In this document: positions 58,406 to 64,000 of the stretch, in pieces
How positions within the stretch are numbered: position 1 is the first letter of the stretch
How the letters are laid out: each line of letters starts with the position of its first letter
Origin: Paecilomyces variotii
Lineage: Eukaryota
Length of the DNA: 64,000 nt
Direction: 5' to 3' (one strand)
Assembly (NCBI GenBank): GCA_004022145.1
Contig: RCNU01000002.1
Translations under genes and position numbers: made by a program
The notes under the pieces: model-generated
Seen by the model: only the letters and a program-made list of their open reading frames with translations
Database searches by the model: none
Told to the model about the DNA's origin: nothing

Positions 58406-59690
58406 GGAGTAGAGATATATCGCCGAACAGGAGAGGAAAAATCAACGGGATGAACTAGAAGAGCAACAGGCCCGGTTACGAAGGCAGCAGCTTCAGGAGT
58501 GGTCCGGTACGAACTACACGCCTCTATAATACACCGAACACTCTTGCAATGTCACAACGAGTGGAGAAGGACCAGAACGATTACATACACGAGAAGCCAC
58601 TTCGAAAAATATGTTCTCTCAGGGAAAATTTGCCAAGGGTCCTCAGTTGTTGAGAAACAGGATAATGTCGCTATCGGGGATCAGCTTCATTTACTCACCA
58701 TAAATCCCCTAATGGAAGGCCCAATCGAGAGGCAACCCAGTGTCCCCAAACTTCCTTTCTTTCTTCTTTTTTCGTCGTTGCTATCCCTCTCTCCTCTTTA
58801 TGATTTTTTTATTTTTTATTTTTCTTTATTTATATGTATGTGTTTAAAAGATCTATCTTGCCAAGCCTAAAAGGAAAGGAACTTGAATTTAATCGAACGT
58901 TACGAAGGAAGGACATGAAAAAAAAAATTGTAGAACTGAGGTTATAAGAGCATTATTAGGCTGTTTCCTAGATTTTAGATTAGGGGATCCTGGCCTGTTT
59001 CGCGTCCAATTCTACAGTGACTTGCCTCCGAACGATGCAGTACGTTCTAGAAAAAAAAAGGCTGAGTCAAGCGAACTATAGAACAAGTAGCATGCAAAGA
59101 TATGATTCATTGGTACATAGAAGCTCGATATATTAACCCCCCCCCCCCCCCCCTGAGCTACCGGATTGGTCAGCGCCCATGTTGTGGCCTGAGGCTGCGG
59201 TTATCTCACCTGCCGCCCGCTAAGATAGAAATCAAAAATGAAAAAAAAAAATCCCATCGCTTGATGGGGCTACTCTCTTCCTTTTTGTTTATAGTTAGCT
59301 TGTATTGTAATAGACCCTTTATTTTATCTCGGACTTGCTAAAGTGCTTGATTGAGGATCGAGTCTACTTAGGAGATGCTCTAGCTAGCTATAGTTAGTTA
59401 GTTACGACTCGCATTATGTAATCCAGCATAACTACCTTCGACGCCTCAGGCTGGCAGGCCGAAGCTCCCAATCGTAAGCTCCAGTTTCACTGTTTGAGCA
59501 TGTGCGAGGTCGTGATCGACCAGATAACCAACTCCAGTGTGACCCGTGCAGCATGACCAGGATAGTGTCACCCTGTTGATGAGTTGATCTCGAGATCCTG
59601 TAATGAATTGCTGTCACGACTAAAGCTTTATCGTTGTTGTTACTGAACTAGATCTGCTCAGCTATTAACGCATATCACCGTTTCGCCCAG

Positions 59691-61064
59691 ATGTCGGTGC
59701 TACTCCCACCCAGAGATAGGCGATTAAAGCCTCTTCCCGTGGAAGCTTCGATCCACAGCCATGATCCCCTGCTTTACATTGAGCGTCAGACAAAACATCT
59801 TCAGCGGAACCTGCAGACTCTCCTGGACGCCCAGAGCGAAGGCCTCCTAGCTGTCCTCTCGGGCTCTCGCCAGGATGATGCTTTATCCACAACCACTTTG
59901 AACCCGACTCCCTCAGTTGCCAGCAGCTCCAGAGCTCCTACCGTGCCTGTTAGACAGCCTGCACAGAACAAGATCGGACTGCGTGCGGCGAGGAAAGGGA
60001 TCCTCAAGTCTATGCAGGAGCTCTTGATCCTGAAGGTGGAAGAGCAACGGATACTTGCAGTTCAGTCGGATGAGAGGATAGATGCGATAAGACAGGTTGA
60101 TTATTTTATATCCAAGCAGAAGGGACTGGAAAGTACCATATCGACGATTCAAAATGATGGCGACAGTCAGAGGTGTCTTGAGCTCAAGGATGAAGCACGG
60201 AGGTTAGAAAATGACATCAGTGAGCTGGAGATCAGGTTATTTGAAATGAAGGCGAGACATCGCACGGTCGTCAACGAGATCGCCCAGGTCGAAAATTCCG
60301 TCGAAGCTAAACTTTCTTCCTACAAAGCCTCCTTGTCGCTTCTCGAATCCGAAGTGCGCAAATATCTCCGACATCCTCCCCTGGTCCCACTCTCCGTCGA
60401 GGCGACATTTTACTCCTTGAGTCCGAAACGGAGAACCCTAGAGATGGCGAAAGAACATTGGACTACGGAACGGAGTGAGCTTGACAAGAGGAAGAACGGT
60501 GTTCGTTTGGAAGTTGGGGCACTAAAAGAGGGGAGTGCGGTGTGGCAGGACGTCGTAAAAGACGTGACCGACTTCGAGAAGAGATTAGGAGAGGAGATGA
60601 GTCGTCTCCTTCAAGGGAATTCCCAGCTATTGGACACGCAGGACAATTTAGGAGAAAGTACTGGAGAGAGAGCCAAAGCCATTCTCAAGGATATGGAGGA
60701 TACCACAAACCGCATTGAAGAGAAGCTTGATCTTGCTGAGGAGAAAGACTGGAAGTTGCTTGTCTGCTGCATTGGCGCTGAATTGGAGGCTCTCCGAGAA
60801 GGCAGAGCCATGTTACTGGACCTGTTCAACCTCTCGTCAGATAGTTTTCGAACGGCACCCGAATGCGAGTCAACAGAAGCGAAACCAGACGAGGGTCACG
60901 AAACAGAGGAAGGACACGACGATCTACATGGAGACCATCTTAGCATGGACAAACCGGAACCCCCTCCCGATCTGTTGAGGGATACGTCGCCTTCGCATGA
61001 AGCCACAAGGTCGGAAGACGAGGACGATGAACCGGACCCCGCGTGGCTACTCTCTGATCCTTAA
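59691..61064 (+). CDS. ATG28: Coiled-coil autophagy-related protein, Atg28-like
   Basis: LLYIERQTKHLQRNLQTLLDAQSEGLLA, ENSVEAKLSSYKASL, F..L.PKRRTLEMAKEHW, AEEKDWKLLVCCIGAELEAL, EDDEPDPAWL; gene name recalled from family memory. Confidence 0.72.
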   Translation: MSVLLPPRDRRLKPLPVEASIHSHDPLLYIERQTKHLQRNLQTLLDAQSEGLLAVLSGSRQDDALSTTTLNPTPSVASSSRAPTVPVRQPAQNKIGLRAARKGILKSMQELLILKVEEQRILAVQSDERIDAIRQVDYFISKQKGLESTISTIQNDGDSQRCLELKDEARRLENDISELEIRLFEMKARHRTVVNEIAQVENSVEAKLSSYKASLSLLESEVRKYLRHPPLVPLSVEATFYSLSPKRRTLEMAKEHWTTERSELDKRKNGVRLEVGALKEGSAVWQDVVKDVTDFEKRLGEEMSRLLQGNSQLLDTQDNLGESTGERAKAILKDMEDTTNRIEEKLDLAEEKDWKLLVCCIGAELEALREGRAMLLDLFNLSSDSFRTAPECESTEAKPDEGHETEEGHDDLHGDHLSMDKPEPPPDLLRDTSPSHEATRSEDEDDEPDPAWLLSDP

Positions 61065-61475
61065 TTTCCCATCGAAAGTATATAATAGATCATGATATCC
61101 TTCAGCGCAGCGATAGAGCGAGCATATATGATTAACGCCTAAGACTAGTAAAGGCAGTGTTCCAGAATCAAAATTTCCTAGAGCTATGATATTCACTTCA
61201 ATCAGAGTACCTTTTTGCGAGTCACTCGATCGTCCGTAGTCTCAGTGGTGATATTGTGGAAGCTTGCAGAAGTATCTACCTTCGCATAAATAAGACGTCG
61301 CGGACCGCGACCGCCCAATGGACGCTACATCCGGATTCTGCGCAACTACTACGCTCGCAGCTGCTCAAGCTTGAGAGCTAACAGCGATATCACCGTCTGC
61401 AGCATTTATATATTGCCGAAACTAAGTAATGCGACCCATGCTATAGGTTTGGCCTTCCGGCACGTCGTCCTTGCC

Positions 61476-62806
61476 ATGGGTCTTCCGCCATCGCCCAGTT
61501 TCACATTTAAGATCCCTTCCATCCACGACGGGACCCAGCTCTCATGTCGATTATATATTCCACGACAATTGGAACAACCGGAAACCGCTGCGAGCTGGCA
61601 GAAGCGGGGTGCGATAGTCGCTCATCCATATGCCCCTCTTGGTGGCTGCTACGATGATCCGGTCGTGAGTACTGTGGGCGAGGAGCTCTTGGAGAGCGGA
61701 TACGTCGTGGGGACGTTTAATTTCCGGTTCGGGCGACTCCTTTCTTTCTTTCCGTCTCATCTTCTGAAAGAGAATTAAGCTGCTGATACTTGTACTATGC
61801 TAGCGGGGCTGGGGATTCTGATGGGAAAACTAGCTGGACGGCGAAGCCTGAGTTGGCTGATTACGTATCCTTTTATGGATTGATGCTTTGCTTCCTCGAT
61901 GGATTGAAGATCGGAGGTTCTACTTCGAGAATACGAGAATCGGATCCATCGGGGGAATCTTCTTCTGGTGATGTCGGCAAGAATCAATCTGAGGATTCCT
62001 CTGCGACCTTTTCTATCATTCTATGTGGCTATTCTTACGGGTCTATGATCGCGTCGCATGTACCGACTGTTGATGTCGTTCTGAGACTCTTTCAAGACGC
62101 TTCCAGAGATTCATTTGCTGCTGCTATTCGGTCCAGAGCGGATCAGTGCTCTGCGCACTGTAATAACAGTGTCCATACCGAGTTTCGACCGCACACACCA
62201 GATCGTACGAGACCGGATTCACGTCCGCGATCACCGCTTCCTGTTGTGCTAGGTCAGAGTCCCGTCTCGCAAAAAGAGCGAAAGGTCATCTTGGAGGGAG
62301 TGCGACGCAGTTTAGATCGAGCGAAACGGAAAATCAGTTTCAGTTCGAGATCTTCGGATGTTGGATCCCAAGAACGCAAGACGGTCGTTACGGAGAAACC
62401 CCAGATACAGATACCTAGAATATCTTATCTGCTGGTGTCCCCTATTTTACCTCCTATTAGCCAGTTCTTGACTATGTTCTCCAAGATTTCGCTGAGCTCA
62501 AGTGTGATTTCTGGGACGTCCGCTCAGGACACGTCTATTCCGTCTGCGAAGGCCGAAGAGCAGCTTTCTGCTCACCCGACTCTGGTCATATACGGGGACA
62601 ATGATAACTTTACTGCAGCCGATAAGGTCAGAATGTGGTGTGAGGGGATAACCAAGACGACGGGATCTCAAATCCATGCTCGAGAAATTGAAGCAGCCGG
62701 ACACTTTTGGCATGAGCAGCGGGCTAAAGCGCAAATGAAGGCTACGATCAGGGCATGGCTGGGTCATCTGCACCACGATAATGATAATACTGCAGGGTCG
62801 CTCTGA
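61476..62806 (+). CDS. Alpha/beta hydrolase fold protein, 2 exons
   Basis: AIVAHPYAPLGGCYDDPVV, VGTFNFR|GAGDSDGKTSWT, GYSYGS nucleophile elbow, YGDNDNF, AGHFW; intron about 61727-61803. Confidence 0.88.
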
Positions 62807-64000
62807 ATATGGTGTCGATCTGATTTGCGACGGACACAGCGTGTACGCTCTTCGAGAGGAGAGACAAGACAGGTCTAGACGCTGGCTGTGACCAGTACAA
62901 GTACAGCTCTGAGATCCCTTAAACTTAAGCTTTGCGGTCAAAAGGAAGAAACGTATTGTATACACTTTCACCCATAGTCTTAGGATGCATGTGAAGTCTC
63001 AATGGTTATCCCACTCCGACGTAACTTCAGTGGCTGACACCGCCACGGGCTATTTTCATTCCGATTTGGCAGGCTGGTTCCAGGATGAGCTTGCAGGGAT
63101 CGTAGATCGACTGCGTGGATAAGAGATCCAGCAAATTGATTGTACTCGACCTGACATGGATGAATGCAAGACTAATGTTAACATGGGACAAACTCCGCAT
63201 AGAGGTCCGGATATGTAGGGATGTTTGTTTCACCCCATTTAATTCAACATTATCCAACTGGAAAGTAAATTATAACAGTGGCATCATCATACATAAAAAA
63301 CAGTCAACGTAGCACGGCATTAATTACTACCCCGAGTCAGCTGCACCATCACTAGAGTTAAGAAGATCTGCGGGGTTGAAGCACGCGACAAATCGGGCTG
63401 CGTCGCTGGCGAAATCAGATGATAGACTGCAAGTAGTCCATGAGAGTAATGGAAGGCCACATCTGTGAGATCTGAGGTATCGATGGTTGTCATCAGACTG
63501 CGGGATTCCCTGCTGGAACAAAGTCGTAACTATAGCAGTTCTTTAGATCAATCAGCTGGAGACTGGTGCTTGCCGACTAACTTACTTCTCTCTAGTTAAG
63601 TGTTTCCCCCGCGTTGGGGAGGAGGCGGGCCGTGGCTAAGTGGCTTTATCTCCCCGCGAGTGATGCAAGGTTCCAGTCGCTTCTCAACAATTTCGGCTCT
63701 GATCCTAATCCTGATCCACGCCCCGGAAGATCCAAAGAAGTTGCAGGCCCTCGTGACGTTTTTTTCGGCAACACTCTACTACTGCAGATTCAAGATCTGA
63801 ACAAAGAAACATCCTTTCACTCACTTTTGCACATTCTGTTCTCGTCAGTCCTTTGAAGGCCGCATGTCCTTATACACCCTTCTCTCCGCTCTGCCACACG
63901 CAGTCTTTCTTGTCTATCTCGATGGAATAATACAACTAGCCTGCACTATCGCTCCATAGACAGGGCCCACCATGTCACTTGTTCGTGACCCAACTGCGAT

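Noticed and set aside
63000..64000. Stop-interrupted coding-like frames at the window end
   Set aside because: No family or consistent exon structure could be assigned; may be a relic or the promoter of a gene beyond the window

Overview
Eukaryotic genomic DNA from a filamentous ascomycete. GT-AG introns with CTRAC branch points, gene content and promoter motifs suggest Eurotiales; the taxon is an inference. Most of the window is a dense run of conserved genes: a large disordered Ser/Pro/Arg-rich protein, HSP30, SDH6, an FAH-family hydrolase, proteasome subunits PRE4 and PRE7, an HCNGP protein, PNO1, MDM31, RPL43, a DCAF7-like WD40 protein, CAB4, an acyltransferase-3, CET1, a Dal5-family MFS permease, SPT5, a cytochrome b5/acyl-CoA dehydrogenase, RPN2, ATG28 and an alpha/beta hydrolase. 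Three accessory-looking intervals interrupt this run. (i) About 6.1-8.3 kb holds a decayed Ty3/gypsy gag wrapped in interlocking direct and inverted repeats. (ii) About 29.2-39.3 kb holds a gypsy integrase fragment joined to a decayed PD-(D/E)XK-like nuclease, an Oxidored-like mini-protein, a DnaJ/zinc-finger protein, an orphan protein and an atypical GH28. (iii) About 56.6-59.6 kb holds a 4-exon kinase-fold gene lacking catalytic motifs. No rRNA, tRNA, CRISPR array or intact transposon was recognised, and I cannot establish a clearly new biological system from sequence alone. All family calls come from motif recognition by eye, not database searches.
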